Below the pieces are notes generated by a model, which was given only the letters and a program-made list of their open reading frames with translations, had not been told where the DNA came from and did not search any database. 64,000 nt of DNA, taken from assembly GCA_047601445.1 (NCBI GenBank), contig JASGJH010000001.1, positions 1 through 64,000 on the forward strand. Direction: 5' to 3'. Below are positions 22,621 through 34,580 of this stretch, one piece after another. The position numbers and the translations under genes are program-made. How positions within the stretch are numbered: the stretch's first letter is position 1; every line of letters begins with the position of its first letter. This DNA comes from Myxococcales bacterium (GTDB lineage: Bacteria; Myxococcota_A; Polyangia; Polyangiales; DASUME01).

Positions 22621-25548
22621 GTGAAAGGCAAATCTCTAAATCGCAGCCAGACTCAGCCCAGCGCCGCGGCTTTCGACGATCCTCGCGTCGCCGCGGCTTT
22701 GGAGCAATATGTCACTGCGCTTGAAGCGGGGCGCACGCCGTCGCGACAAGAATTCCTCGCCAAACATCCTGAGATTGCCAGCGAGTTGGCCGAATGCCTC
22801 GAAGGACTCGATCTGGTGCATGATGCAGCCAAGATCGTGCGGCCGATTGAACCTTCAAGCAGCCCTCTCTCAGCCGACGAACTAAAATTGCCGCTTGGCG
22901 ATTTTCGCATCGTTCGCGAGATTGGCCGCGGTGGCATGGGCGTTGTTTATGAAGCGATGCAACTTTCGCTCGGTCGCCGCGTCGCGCTGAAGGTTTTGCC
23001 GCTGGCCGCCGCGCTCGATCCGTTGCATCTGCAGCGATTCAAGAACGAAGCACAAGCCGCCGCACAGCTCCATCACACGAATATCGTGCCGGTTTATGCC
23101 GTCGGTTCCGAGCGAGGCGTGCATTACTATTCGATGCAGCTCATCGACGGCTATTCGCTCGCCGATTTGATTACGCATCGGCGGCAACTACTGGGACGGG
23201 CGATCAGCGTGCCGATTACCCCGGCGTTCGATCGCCCCACCGAAAAGGCGACCGCCGGGCGAACGCCGCCGAGCGAATCATTAGCTCTCGACCAGACGCT
23301 CGATCACTCGCCAACTCCGCCGCCAATCATCGCGCCGCCGCCAGGTCCAGTTGAGATCACTGAAAGCAAATCCAACTCACCCCCAGGAAGCAGCTCAGCG
23401 TTTGCTTCAAGTTCGTCGAGTTCGCCCAACGAAACACTCGTCCGCAGCTCCACGTTGAAAACCGCCAGCGAGCGAAACTCCAGCACGTACTTCCGCACGG
23501 CAGCCGGCCTGATTCGCCAAGCGGCTCTCGCCCTCGAACATGCCCATCAGCTCGGCGTGATTCACCGCGATATCAAACCGGCCAACTTGCTGCTCGACGA
23601 GCGGGGCAATATCTGGATCACCGATTTCGGCCTCGCCCTGTTTCAGGCCAACATGCAGCTCACGCGCACCGGCGACATGCTCGGCACGATGCGCTACATG
23701 AGTCCTGAGCAGGCTGAGCGGCGATCGCGTCGTGCTCGATCATCGCTCCGATATTTATTCACTCGGCGTTACGCTCTACGAATTGCTCACGCTGCAGCCG
23801 GCGATCACCGGTGCCGATCCGCACACGGCACTGCGGCGGATCATGGAAGAGGAACCGCGGCCGCCGCGCACGATCGATAAACACATTCCGCTTGAGTTGG
23901 AAACAATCGTCCTCAAGGCGATGGCCAAAGCGCCGACGGAGCGCTATACCACCGCGGCCGAGATGGCCGACGACTTGCAGCGTTGGCTCGAAGATCAGCC
24001 GATTCGCGCCCGGCGGCCCACGCTGGTGGAGCACGCAGCCCGTTGGAGCCGTCGCCACTGGTCGCTCATCGCTGCCTCCGCCGGCATCTTAGCGGTGGCC
24101 ACGCTCGGCTTGCTCTTAAGCACGATCATCATCGCGCGAGAGCAATCGACAACCGTCGCGGCGCTTAAAGGAGAAAGCCAGCAGCGCATCGCAGCCGAAA
24201 AGCAACGACTCGTCGCGATACGCGAACGGCAAACAGCCGACCAGCAACGCAAAGCGGCCGACGAGAGCTTTCGCCAGGCTCGCCAAGCGGTCGATGCGTT
24301 TTTGGATCTCAGCGAAGAAGAGTTGGCCAACAATCCGCCGCTGTACCAATTGCGGCGTAAGTTCCTCGCCGTCGCTCTGGAATATTACAACGATTTTTTA
24401 GAGCAGCGGCGCGACGATCCCGACGTGGGGAAGGAATTGACGGAGACTTCCACCGGGGTACGGCAGATCGTCGAGCAGTTGGCAGCCATCGATCGCTTTG
24501 CTTCGTTCCTGCTGCTGACCAACCGTTTCGTTCAAGAAGACATCGGCATGACTGCCGCACAGCGCGAAGCGCTGCAAGAAGTTTTATCCTTGGCCGAGAA
24601 AAACGATCTCAATTGGCGGGGCGAATTTGGTCCCGGCGGCGCGGCTCGCAGCATCGGCAATTCGCTCGATCCGGAGCAGCAAAAATTGCTCTCCGACCAA
24701 GTGCGAGAGTTTTCGCAAATCATCGACGCGGTTCTGACGCCGAAGCAGATCGCCCGCTGGCAACAGATCATGCTCCAGCAGCGCGGTCCCTTCGCCTTCA
24801 AAAGCCCGGAGGTGATCGCGGCTTTGGCCCTCACTCACGATCAACGGAAACAAATCAGCGCAATCATTGATGAAGAATCGCCTGAGCGGCGCGGCGGTCC
24901 CGGTTTTGGACGACGCGGAATGCCCGGCCACCGCGAAGAGTTCGGCGGCCCTCCCGGCTTTGGCCCCGGCCCGCCGCCGCACGATGGCGAGCATGGTCCC
25001 AAGGGGGGCGAGCATGGCCCCAAGGGAAAAAAAGGGGGCGATTTCGATCATTTCGGCCCGCCCGACAAGAGAGGCCCCGGCCGCGGACCGCCGCCGCGCG
25101 GCGAGTTTGACGACTTTGGCGGGCGCGGATTCGGCGGCCCAGGTTTTGGCGGTCCTGGTCGCGGCGGCCCCGGCGGTCCTCCGCCCCCGCCACCTGATGG
25201 AGATTTCGATTTTGAAAACGAGAGCGATGATACGGGCTTCGATGGTCCAGGGCCTGGCGGCAAGAAGGGGGCGGCCCGCGCGGCAGTGGTGGCCCACCAG
25301 GCGGCAGGTTCGGCAACGATGATTTCGGTCCCTTCGGCCCACCCGGTGGTCGTGGCGGACGTGGCTTCGGCGGCGGACCTGGTGGTCCCGGCCCAGGCGG
25401 TCCTGGCCCTGGTCCCGATCATCTGCGTGAAGTGAGCGAACGCACGATTCAACGAATCGTCACGATCTTAACCCCCGAGCAACAAGCCAAATGGAAAGAA
25501 CTAATCGGCCAACCATTCAACCACGAGCTGCCGTGGCGATTTGAGTAA
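22621..25548 (+). CDS. Membrane-bound Hanks-type Ser/Thr kinase with LTxxQ-repeat, Gly/Pro-rich C-terminus, frameshifted
   Basis: IGRGGMGVVY, VALK, HRDIKPANLL, DFG, GTMRYMSPEQ, SDIYSLG; TM helix; LTPKQ/LTHDQ/LTPEQ motifs; stop 25546-25548. Confidence 0.92.
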
Positions 25549-25659
25549 CACTTGCTGATAAGTTCGAAGTGTCAACAAAGAACAAGTCTTGGTAGATTTG
25601 TGATCTTGATCTTCTATACAGTTGCTTTTGGGGCATGCACAACCACGGGTCATTAGCTC

Positions 25660-26460
25660 ATGCGTTACGGTTTACGCTCGCTAATTTGCTTGTCCGCCAT
25701 CATTACGCTGGCAATGGCCAGTGTAGGCAGTATCTGTCCTCGCCTTGCTTGGCAAGGCATTCCTCATAGCGATATTGCTGGCAAAACCATCGGTGGTGCC
25801 GCGCTGGGTGGAATAGTGGGACTTGTTCTTAGTGTGATCGTCGGGAGCCTCTTAGCAAACGATTTCCGCTTTAACATTCGAGACGTTGTTTGGGTATCTA
25901 TTGTCGTTGCAATGGCTACACAATGGTTCTTAGATCATAGCGTTCTGGTTAAGAAAGCTGAACGATCCGAGGCCGAGCGAGCAAAGAATTACTATTGTAT
26001 TTGGGAGGTTGGCCGATTGTGGGCGAGGGATACAAGGCAGGAAGTTGAATTTCCTGATCCAGAAGGCAATCCTGTTCGGGCTTATCCTGATGGTGGAGTG
26101 AGAGTAGGAAAGTATTTGAAAGAAATTCCAATCGCAAAATGGATATCTCTCGGAGAACTTTTTCAAGCGGCCAACCAGTTGCCTCCTGAAAGCAGCATTT
26201 TTCTGCCTAATAAAGGACCTTGGGAACTAGACACAAGATGTTGCGTGTTGCACCCCAGGAACGAACTGTCATACATCAGCAAAGCACATTTTCATCCGGC
26301 TATGACAATCAAAGAAATACGACGAGTGGTGGACAACGCCAACATGCAACATCTGGAACCTTCTCCTGAAATGCTTAAAGAAGCATTTTTCTACTTTTAC
26401 GACACTCATGAGTTTTTGCCGTTCGAGTTGCTCTCGAACGACGGGCAGAAAACTCCTTAA
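25660..26460 (+). CDS. Hypothetical membrane protein, low GC, apparently chimeric
   Basis: Intact 266-aa ORF with hydrophobic segments, an internal FRFNIRD..W motif and AT-rich codons. Confidence 0.65.
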   Translation: MRYGLRSLICLSAIITLAMASVGSICPRLAWQGIPHSDIAGKTIGGAALGGIVGLVLSVIVGSLLANDFRFNIRDVVWVSIVVAMATQWFLDHSVLVKKAERSEAERAKNYYCIWEVGRLWARDTRQEVEFPDPEGNPVRAYPDGGVRVGKYLKEIPIAKWISLGELFQAANQLPPESSIFLPNKGPWELDTRCCVLHPRNELSYISKAHFHPAMTIKEIRRVVDNANMQHLEPSPEMLKEAFFYFYDTHEFLPFELLSNDGQKTP

Positions 26461-26574
26461 CATTGTGTTCCAATGAAACCCAAACAATGTGCCAGATAAG
26501 TTGGTTAGTGTCAGGTAAGTTGGTTGTCGTTTTCAAGCTGTCTTGGGCTGCACATTAGTGCCGATTAGCGCAGA

Positions 26575-27679
26575 TCAGTGTTCCCGACATCCTTGCACAT
26601 CCTCAAACCGAATCCCCACGCGAATCTTCGCCGGGTCGCGAGCCGTCGCCAGCGCCTGCTTAATGTCACCCAGCAGATGCCACTCTGCCACCAACTTGGC
26701 AAACGGGAATTCGTGATGATGCTTTGCGAGAAACTCCACGGCTGTTAGCAGATGCTCGGGGCGGTAGTTGTGGATGCCGCGCAGAATTAAGTGCCGACGG
26801 ACAAGTTGTTCCAAATACAACTCCACCGGCGGCGACGGAAAGACCGAGCCGACGACGACGAAGGTTCCGCCGATTCGCGCCAATGGCCAGGCGGCGGTGA
26901 AAGCCGCGGGGGAGCCGGTCAATTCAAATACCACATCGACCCCACGCCCCTGATTCAGGGGAGCGACTGTGCTGGCCAGTTCGTCGGGTGCAGCCGTGCG
27001 TGTCGCGCCGAACAACGGAAGCTTGCGCTCGCCGCCGGGGATCGAGCTCCACGCAAATCACTTCCGCCGCGCCTCGCGATTTGACCATCGCACAGACCGT
27101 CAAACCCAGCAATCCGGCGCCCAGAACGCAAACGACCGCTCCGCCAAGATCGCCAGCCGCTTCGACAGCCGCCGCCGCTGTTGCTGTGGCGCAGTTCGCC
27201 GGGCAGGCCACTTCCAGTGGCAGGTCGTCAGGCAGTCGCACGAGGGACGTACCCGGAGTTAACAAGCAGTGCTCAGCCAATCCGCCCAACAGCTCGCGTC
27301 CCGGCTGCAGTTTCTCGTGCCCGTATTTGACAGCCGCGAGGCATTTTTGCGGCAGCTTTCGCTCGCAATAAAAGCACTCTCCACAATTGGCGACAATCGC
27401 CCACGTTACCCGGTCGCCAACTTGCAAGTTTTTGCCGGCCATGTCGTGCCGCGGCGCATTCGCCCCGAGCGCCTCGATGCGTCCCACGATTTCGTGCCCC
27501 AGCACTGTGGGAACGGGCGCTTGCCGCCGTCCCTCGAACGTATGCAAATCACTGCCACAGAGCGTGCAGCCGAGGATACGAACCAAAATCTCACCCGCCC
27601 CCGGCTCGGGCGGCAAGATTTCCTGAAGTTCGATTTGTCCGGGCGTGCCGGCAAAAATTGCCGCTTGTGAAGCCTTCAT
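26575..27679 (-). CDS. Zn-dependent alcohol dehydrogenase, phosphonate-associated (HpnZ/TIGR03366-like), frameshifted
   Basis: CTLCGSDLH, GHE, CGECFYC...C, KYGHE, GAGLLG, GIHNY; located in the phosphonate cluster. Confidence 0.85.
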
Positions 27680-29055
27680 GCGGCCCCCTCCACAGCGACC
27701 GCCGGCAGCGGCGCGGCACGCGCGGGTTGCGAAGTAACGCCATGTCAGGGCCAGGCAGACCAGCGATAGGCCACTCATCAACCAACAGGTGACGACGAAG
27801 AACTCGCGAATTGTTGATTGTGCTCTGCGGCAGCGCTACCTGCGGTCGAGGAGGCCCGGGCCAGCACTACAGCCGCAAAACCGAGGTAGCCGACGGAGTC
27901 GGCAACGTACATCAAAAACCCGATGTTCCCCCGATCGCGTGTCATAGCGAGCAGACGTTCAAAAATGGTCGTATGCACGGCCACGTAGGGAAGATACAGC
28001 CCGAGCCCCACCAAAACCATGAACGGAAAGGCGTCGAGCATCGCCATTTGCCGCCCCACCAGCGCGACGCAAAGCAAAACCAATCCACTCGCTGCCGTCG
28101 CAATCGCCGCGAAAAAGGCTCGACGATTATCGCGAATCAACACTGCACAGCCGTTGACCGCGAGCACGCCGAGGGCCACCCACATTTCAGACCACGTATA
28201 GATGCTCGAATTGGGCTTCGTCCCCAGCCCCAACCAAATCTCCGGCGCAAGTCGTCGCGGATGCCGCGCAGAATTGTGACCGCCAGATACATGGCGATGA
28301 TTAGCGACAAACCCCACGCATAACGGCTGAACAGTGACCAGCGACCGGCTCGATTCAAAATCGCTCGTTCCGTGCGAGCCTCCACGTCGCGCACCCCTGG
28401 CGGTGGAATTCGCGACAGCATCCAAGCTCCCAGGCCCAGCGGCGGCAGGAACATCAACCCGACGGCACCCGGCATCCAAAATTCAGAAACGCCCCGCGCC
28501 AGTAGCCAAGTGCCCACCGACTTCGTCGCTCCCCCCGCCAAAATGAAGCTGGCACACAATCCAGCGGCTGAGCGACTCCGTCAGCAGCCGCCCTTCCAAA
28601 AAGCCGAGCACCAGACCAAAAACCATGCCGAGCATCAAGCCGTTGACGAACATACACGCCGCATTCCACGGCTGCGGCACAACCGCAAACAAGAGGAGCG
28701 CGACTTCTGCCACCGCGATGAGCACTACGATTCCCCAAGCCCGCCGCTCGCGCGGCATTTCGGCGATGACCTTGATGCCGATGAATTTGGAAAACATGTA
28801 ACCCAGCACCTGGGCCACCACGAGCACTTTTTTGAAATCCAACCCAAAAGCGATCGCTCCGTCAAACGTAGCCGCGGTGAACGGCTTGCGAAAGAAATAC
28901 ATGCAAAAATAGGTGCCAAAAGCCGCGGTGACTGCCCACACGGCCCAGAACAGATCGTTACGACCAGCCTCATGGGCCAATGACGTCGGCAGTCGCGGAG
29001 ATTCGTAGGGATTGATCGCTTCGCTGGCCAGCAACTTGTCATCAATCGAATTCAC
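27676..29055 (-). CDS. DUF5690 family multi-pass membrane protein (putative transporter), frameshifted
   Basis: AAFGTYFCMYFFRKPF, QVLGYMFSKFIGIK, LEGR..TE, SFI..G..KS.G, FERL, GNIGFLMYVADSVGY; ATGA overlap with the ADH. Confidence 0.82.
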
Positions 29056-29162
29056 GTAGCGATCCTCGTGGCTTCCATCTTCGGCAGATTCGTGCTCGCG
29101 ATTGTAAGCTCGCCAGTGATGTTGTCGCCAGTCGCTGCTTGGCTTGTCTAGCTAATACGATC

Positions 29163-29229
29163 AGCGAGCAGGAGGCGTAAGCCTCCCGATAACGTCGCAT
29201 TATCGGGAGACTCACGTCTCCCGCTCGCT
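29163..29229. repeat. REP-like inverted repeat pair
   Basis: AGCGAGCAGGAGGCGTAAGCCTCCCGATAA and TTATCGGGAGACTCACGTCTCCCGCTCGCT form a near-perfect 30-bp inverted repeat; each arm is itself palindromic. Confidence 0.7.
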
Positions 29230-29653
29230 AGGAGTCTGAAAAATTCGTAATCGCTTCACCACATCAGCCGCTCTTGCCCAATCAGCCGCAACAGCCGCTC
29301 TGCCGAAAAAACTTCGACTTTTTTTCCAAAACGGCCGGAATTCTTGCCCACTTTTCGGACTGTTTTGCAATTAGGTGTTTGGGGAGTGCGGCCTGGCTGC
29401 CAGGCATGGCGAGGCCCGAGCTGCGCGCCCTGGCAACAAGCAATTACCCGACTTATAGGACGACTAATATTAGCTCCGCATCAGTCATATTCGTTTGCTA
29501 AACCCAGTGTTTTCCCACAGATCGATCGATAGCTCTGAAAAATCTTCATCAAATATAAGCGTGGCGATAACGCGAGTTGTTGCGTCATGGTGCAGCCTTG
29601 CGGGTTGCGGATAGAATGCCCAACCAGCCGAAAACTCCGTCCCTAACACACCG

Positions 29654-30224
29654 ATGTCAGCCCACATATATCAACCGACGACCGAAGAAGTGCTGGAGCT
29701 ATTCCGCCGGCACGGCAACTCGCAATATGGCGGCGAGGCGGTGACGCAATTGGAACATGCCTTGCAGGCGGCCACATTTGCCGAGCGCGAAGGAGCCCTG
29801 CCCGCGCTCGTGGCCGCGGCCCTACTGCATGATGTGGGGCACTTGCTGCACGACTTACCCGACGACGTGCCGGACCAAGGAGTCGATGACCGCCACGAAA
29901 CATTGGCCGCCGCTTGGCTTGCCAAGCGGTTTCGTCCGCCTGTTGTGGCTCCAGTGGCCATGCACGTCGCTGCCAAAAGGTATTTGTGTTCTGTCGATCC
30001 GGCCTACTTTGGTCAAGCTTAGTCAACCATCTGTGCAGAGCTTGAAGTTGCAAGGTGGCCCGATGACGACTGAGGAGATCAAGCAGTTTGAATCTCGTCC
30101 GTTCTTTCAAGATGCGGTGCGGCTGCGGCGGTGGGACGACGCGGCGAAGGTGGTGGACATGAAAACTCCCGATCTCGAACATTTCGCCCGCTACATTGAT
30201 CTTGCCCTGGAGTCGGACGCCTAG
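29654..30224 (+). CDS. phnZ: HD-domain phosphonate oxygenase PhnZ-like, one frameshift
   Basis: [51 protein letters not shown]. Confidence 0.85.
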
Positions 30225-31374
30225 TGTCAGCCATGCGAGTTGCCGTTGTTGGAGCTGGAATCGTTGGTTTGGCTCACGCCCGGTCGGCAGCCGAGCGCGG
30301 CCACCAAGTCACCTTGTTCGAGCGGTCGCCCAAGGTGCGGCGGCGCTTCGGTCCGCAACTTTGGCATGATCTGGCCGATCGGTCAGCCGAGCGGCGAGTG
30401 TCATGAGATCGCCCTGGAAAGCCGCGAGAGGTGGCTGGCGATTCGGGCCGCGGCTGGCATTCAGGTTATGCCCTGTGGTTCGATTCATTTGGCGCATCAG
30501 CCCGATGAATGGGCCGTGCTCCAAGAGTTTGCGGCACAAGCAAAGCAACTTGGTTATTCATGCAAATTGCTTCCACCTTCCGATGCATTGGCTATTTCTG
30601 CCGCGAATCCGAAGAACTTACAGGGTGGGCTGTATAGCCAGTCGGAGCTGAACGTGAATCCACGCACCGCGATTCAGCGGATTCCGCTGTGGCTAGCCGA
30701 GCAGTACGGCGTGCGACTCGTGTTTGAAACAACTGTCCTGGAAGTATCGCCGCGCGGTGCAGGGGGCTATTCGCTTCGCACGTCGCGCGGGCTAGTCGAG
30801 CCGTTCGATCACGTGGTGATCTGTGGCGGAACCGATTTTCAGACGTTATTTCCCGATCAGTTCGCCAGTAGCGGCCTGAAAATTTGCAAGCTGCAAATGC
30901 TAAAGACGAAGCCACAACCAGCCGATTGGCGGCTAATCACGCACGTAGCCAGCGGCCTGACATTGCGGCATTACCACAACTTTGACATCTGCCCGAGCCT
31001 GGCGACTTTGAAAAATCGCATCGCCACCGAGTCGCCGGAACTCGACCGCTATGGCATTCATGTCATGGCCTCGCAGAACGACGCCGGCGAGATCATTTTG
31101 GGGGATTCGCACGAGTACGGCTCGCAGATCGAGCCGTTCGACAAGTCGCTGATCGATGACTTGATGCTCCGCGAACTACATAAAATCATTCGCCTTCCCG
31201 ATTGGACGATCGCCGAGGCGCCGGCACGGCTACTACACCAAGCATCCGTCGGCTGCTGTGTTTGCCGCCGAGCCGCTGCCGAAGGTTCACGTGTTTACGG
31301 GAACTGGTGGGGCGGGAATGACGATGTCGTTTGGCCTCGCGGAACGAGCGTGGCGAAAATGGTCGGAATCTTAG
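30224..31374 (+). CDS. FAD-dependent oxidoreductase, TIGR03364/HpnW-like, frameshifted
   Basis: [62 protein letters not shown]. Confidence 0.88.
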
Positions 31375-31389
31375 CAAGAGGAATATGTC

Positions 31390-32203
31390 ATGCTGGTAGA
31401 GAGTGGTTCGATTGCAGCCGTGATTTTCGATTGGGCCGGAACGACGGTCGATTACGGCAGCCGAGCGCCCACGTAAGTGTTCGTCGAGATTTTTCGCCGC
31501 TGTGGCGTGGAAATCACCGAAGCCGAGGCTCGCGGCCCAATGGGGAGTGCCAAACGCGACCACATCGCGGCGGTGGTCGGGTTGCCTCGCGTGGCCGCGT
31601 GTTGGTGCGCCGTGCATGGCAATATGCCGACCGACCGCGACGTGCAAAAGATGTACGACGAATTCCTGCCATTGCAAAAAGAGACGCTGGCAAAGAGTGG
31701 TTCTGATGTGATTCCTGGTGTGACGGAGGCTGTGGCCGAGCTCCGCCGCTGGGGTCTGAAGATCGGCTCATCGACTGGTTACACGCGGGAGCTGATGGAA
31801 GTCGTCGCACCGATTGCTTCACGCGGTGGTTATGCTCCCATGGTGCCGATTTGTTCCGACGACGTGACGGCCGGCCGCCCTGCCCCGTGGATGAATTTTC
31901 GTGTGGCGGAGCAATTGGGCGTCTATCCGCTGAATCGCGTCGTCGTCGTGGATGACACGCCCCTTGGCATTGCCGCTGGCCGCAGTGCCGGGGCTTGGAC
32001 GATCGCCGTCGCAAATGGGCAATGCCCTCGGTCTTTCCGCGGCGGAAGTTGCCGCCCTTCCCGCCGCGGAACTCAAGTCTCGCTTAGCTCAGATCGAAGC
32101 CGAGTTCCGCGCCGCTGCTGCGCACCTGGTCATCGACTCTGTCGCCAATCTCCCCGCACACTGGGCTGATATTGAACGCTTAGTAACCGCTGCGTCAAAA
32201 TAG
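31390..32203 (+). CDS. phnX: Phosphonoacetaldehyde hydrolase (HAD); in-frame TAA at 31474-31476 and a late frameshift
   Basis: VIFDWAGTTVDYGSRAP, ARGPMG..KRDH, STGY, GRPAPWM, VDDT..GI..G..AG.W. Confidence 0.88.
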
Positions 32204-32230
32204 CGCAGCAGTTTGAAGAAAATGAGAAGC

Positions 32231-33616
32231 CTACTTCTTCCCTGCCTTTCTTTTTGTTGTTCTTCGCCTTGCCGGCCGGAGCATCGGGTGCGCTCGGCTC
32301 GGCTTGCTCGGCGTTCCACGCACCATAGACGGCCAGCAGTTGCTTGACCTTCTCGGGCTGGTGCTGGCCAAATCCTTCGTCTCATTCCGATCGGTAACCA
32401 GGTCGTATAGTTCCGGCTGCTCGCTGCCGCCATGAGAAACGACGAGCTTCCAGATCCCCCTGTCGCACGGCCCACTGCGGCCGAACCGCCAGTAAATCGT
32501 CTCGTGCGGGCGAGCCTTGTTGCTGCCAGTAACGTAGGGCGTCAGATCAACGCCGTCGAGTTTCCACGACGGATTCGATCTTACCTCCAGCCGGCGGCTC
32601 ACAATCGTCGGCGATCACATCGAGATTCATCACCGGGTAGCTCATAACTTTTGCCCGCTCGGAAACGTTGCCTTTCCACTGAGCACAAAGAACGGGCACG
32701 CGAGGCCCTCCTTCGATACGTCGTCATTTTGAAACCGCGAAGGCCGCCGTTCTCCGAAGTTGTGCTGTTGCGTCGGCCCGCCGTTGTCGCCGATAAAGAT
32801 AGATGATCGTGTTATCTTCTTGCTCGTGTTCGCGAATTTTAGTCGATCACTCGTCCAATCGGCATCGTCCATGCCCGACATCATCGCGGCGAAGCACTTG
32901 CGTTTCTCTTCGGTGATGTTCGGAAACCGATCAAGATATTTTTTAGGAGCTTGCAGCGGGGCGTGCTGAGCGTTAAACGGCAGGTACAAGAACCATGGCT
33001 TTTCATGGTTCTTATCGAGCCAATCGACGGCCCGCTCGGCGTAGGCGTCGGTCGTGTAGAAGATTCGTCATCGTCAATCTTTTGACATCGTCCGGAGATT
33101 TGCGAATCGATAAATTTCGTCGGATGATAGAAAGGCGTGTTGGCGAGCGTGCCAAAGAACTCGTCGAAGCCGCGGCTGCGTCGGGCTGGTATTTCTCCGC
33201 GGACTGCCCGAGATGCCACTTGCCGATGCAGGCCGTGGCATAACCGAGCGACTTGAGCCGCGTCGGCTAGCGTCGTTTCATCGAGCGACAAGCCCGCTGT
33301 GTTGGGCGACGGCGTTGAACTCATGACCGAAACGAGTCGGATAGCGACCGGTCATCAACCCGGCCCGCGATGGACTGCAGTAAGTCGCAGCGACATAGCC
33401 TTGCGTGAAACGCACTCCGTTGGTAGCCATCGAGTCGATATTCGGCGTCGGAATATCCTTGTTCCCCTGGCACCCCGTCTCCCCCCAACCTAGATCGTCG
33501 GCATAAAAAATGATCAAGTTCGGCTTATCCGCCGCAACGGTTGCTGCTTGCCAACCGAGCGAACCCATCACAGCCAAAACTAAACTCACGCCCAAAATCA
33601 CACGAACCGATCGCAT
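32231..33616 (-). CDS. Sulfatase, heavily frameshifted
   Basis: [54 protein letters not shown] across many fragments. Confidence 0.85.
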
Positions 33617-33866
33617 CGTCAGAGACTCCTACGAAAGAGACAGAAGGGAGAGGTACAAACAATGCTCAGACCAGCAGCATTCGGCAGCCGTCAGAAAGAA
33701 ACCCGACCGACGGCTGGAGTGTCTGATGCCTGACAGCAGCCAATTATTGGCTTGACAAGTCAATTTCCCAAAACAATTCACCGATTTCCCGGCCAACTGC
33801 AGCCGGATTGCCGAAAAAAAATCTGATCTGCTTAGAATGACCGCTGGTTGATTTGGAAGCTCGACT

Positions 33867-33907
33867 GCGCGAGTGGCAGAATTGGCAGACACGTCCAGAC
33901 TTAAAAT
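33867..33907 (+). pseudogene. Degenerate 5' half of tRNA-Leu (possible att site)
   Basis: GCGCGAGTGGCAGAATTGGCAGACACGTCCAGACTTAAAAT compared with the tRNA at 63158 (GCGCGAGTGGCGGAATTGGCAGACGCGCCAGACTTAGGAT); no T-arm or 3' acceptor follows. Confidence 0.75.
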
Positions 33908-34580
33908 ATAGTGCGAAGCCCTAAATCCCGGCCTTGAGTGCTAACGGTGGCATTCGGCATCTGAACCAGCAAATGAAAAACATGACTACGCCCATTGAAC
34001 TTCAAATCAATCAACGTGGGACGTAATTACGCGCTAACTGTTCTTATGCCGTAAAAAATGCCGGTTACGGGACTCGAACTAGAGGCATGTTTGTCCAAAA
34101 TCTCCGCTGCCGCCGACTTCCGTTGTGACGACACCTCTATGGCAGCGAATGGGCAGCACTGCAGGGGCCGTGAATGTCATTCTTTGACTACCAGTGAAGC
34201 TCGATTGCAAGAGTTCGTACAAGTCTGGCATGCCTACCCAAAACGAAAAACAAACGATCGAGTCCCTTTGTCGGCAAGTCGAGTACTGATCGTAACTGCA
34301 CCGAAAACCTGTATGAGATCAGGCCGCACGTTGCTGACCATCGGCGGTGGTATCGAGTGCCGGTTGTTGTCAATTGACGCCAAGGTGCGCAATGAATTCG
34401 CAGCGCGAGTGTAGCGAGTTTGTAGGCCGTCATACAGACAGTGTTTTGCCTCCTGAGTTTAGGAATTCGATGGAGTGGGTGGGTAATCCGGCAGTTGCAA
34501 CTGCTCTACGACGATCTCAAAAGCTGACAATCGTCTTCTTCGGGGCCACAGGATTCGATTAGCAGTGAGCCGGCACTGGC

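Noticed and set aside
31474..31476. Stop-codon readthrough or recoding in phnX (and the TAG at 35744)
   Set aside because: A single C-to-T change from CAA explains the TAA. TAA/TAG/TGA terminate other genes normally here and the sequence is error-prone.
33867..34080. Intron-containing or split tRNA-Leu(TAA)
   Set aside because: No matching 3' half (CTCGCGC acceptor) follows on the same strand, no group I intron core is recognisable, and the nearby 3'-like fragment is on the opposite strand with a different acceptor.
34541..34560. tmRNA 5' end (GGGGCC..GGATTCGA)
   Set aside because: No tag reading frame or tRNA-like 3' end was found downstream; the segment runs into the methyltransferase and fits a reversed tRNA 3' scar better.
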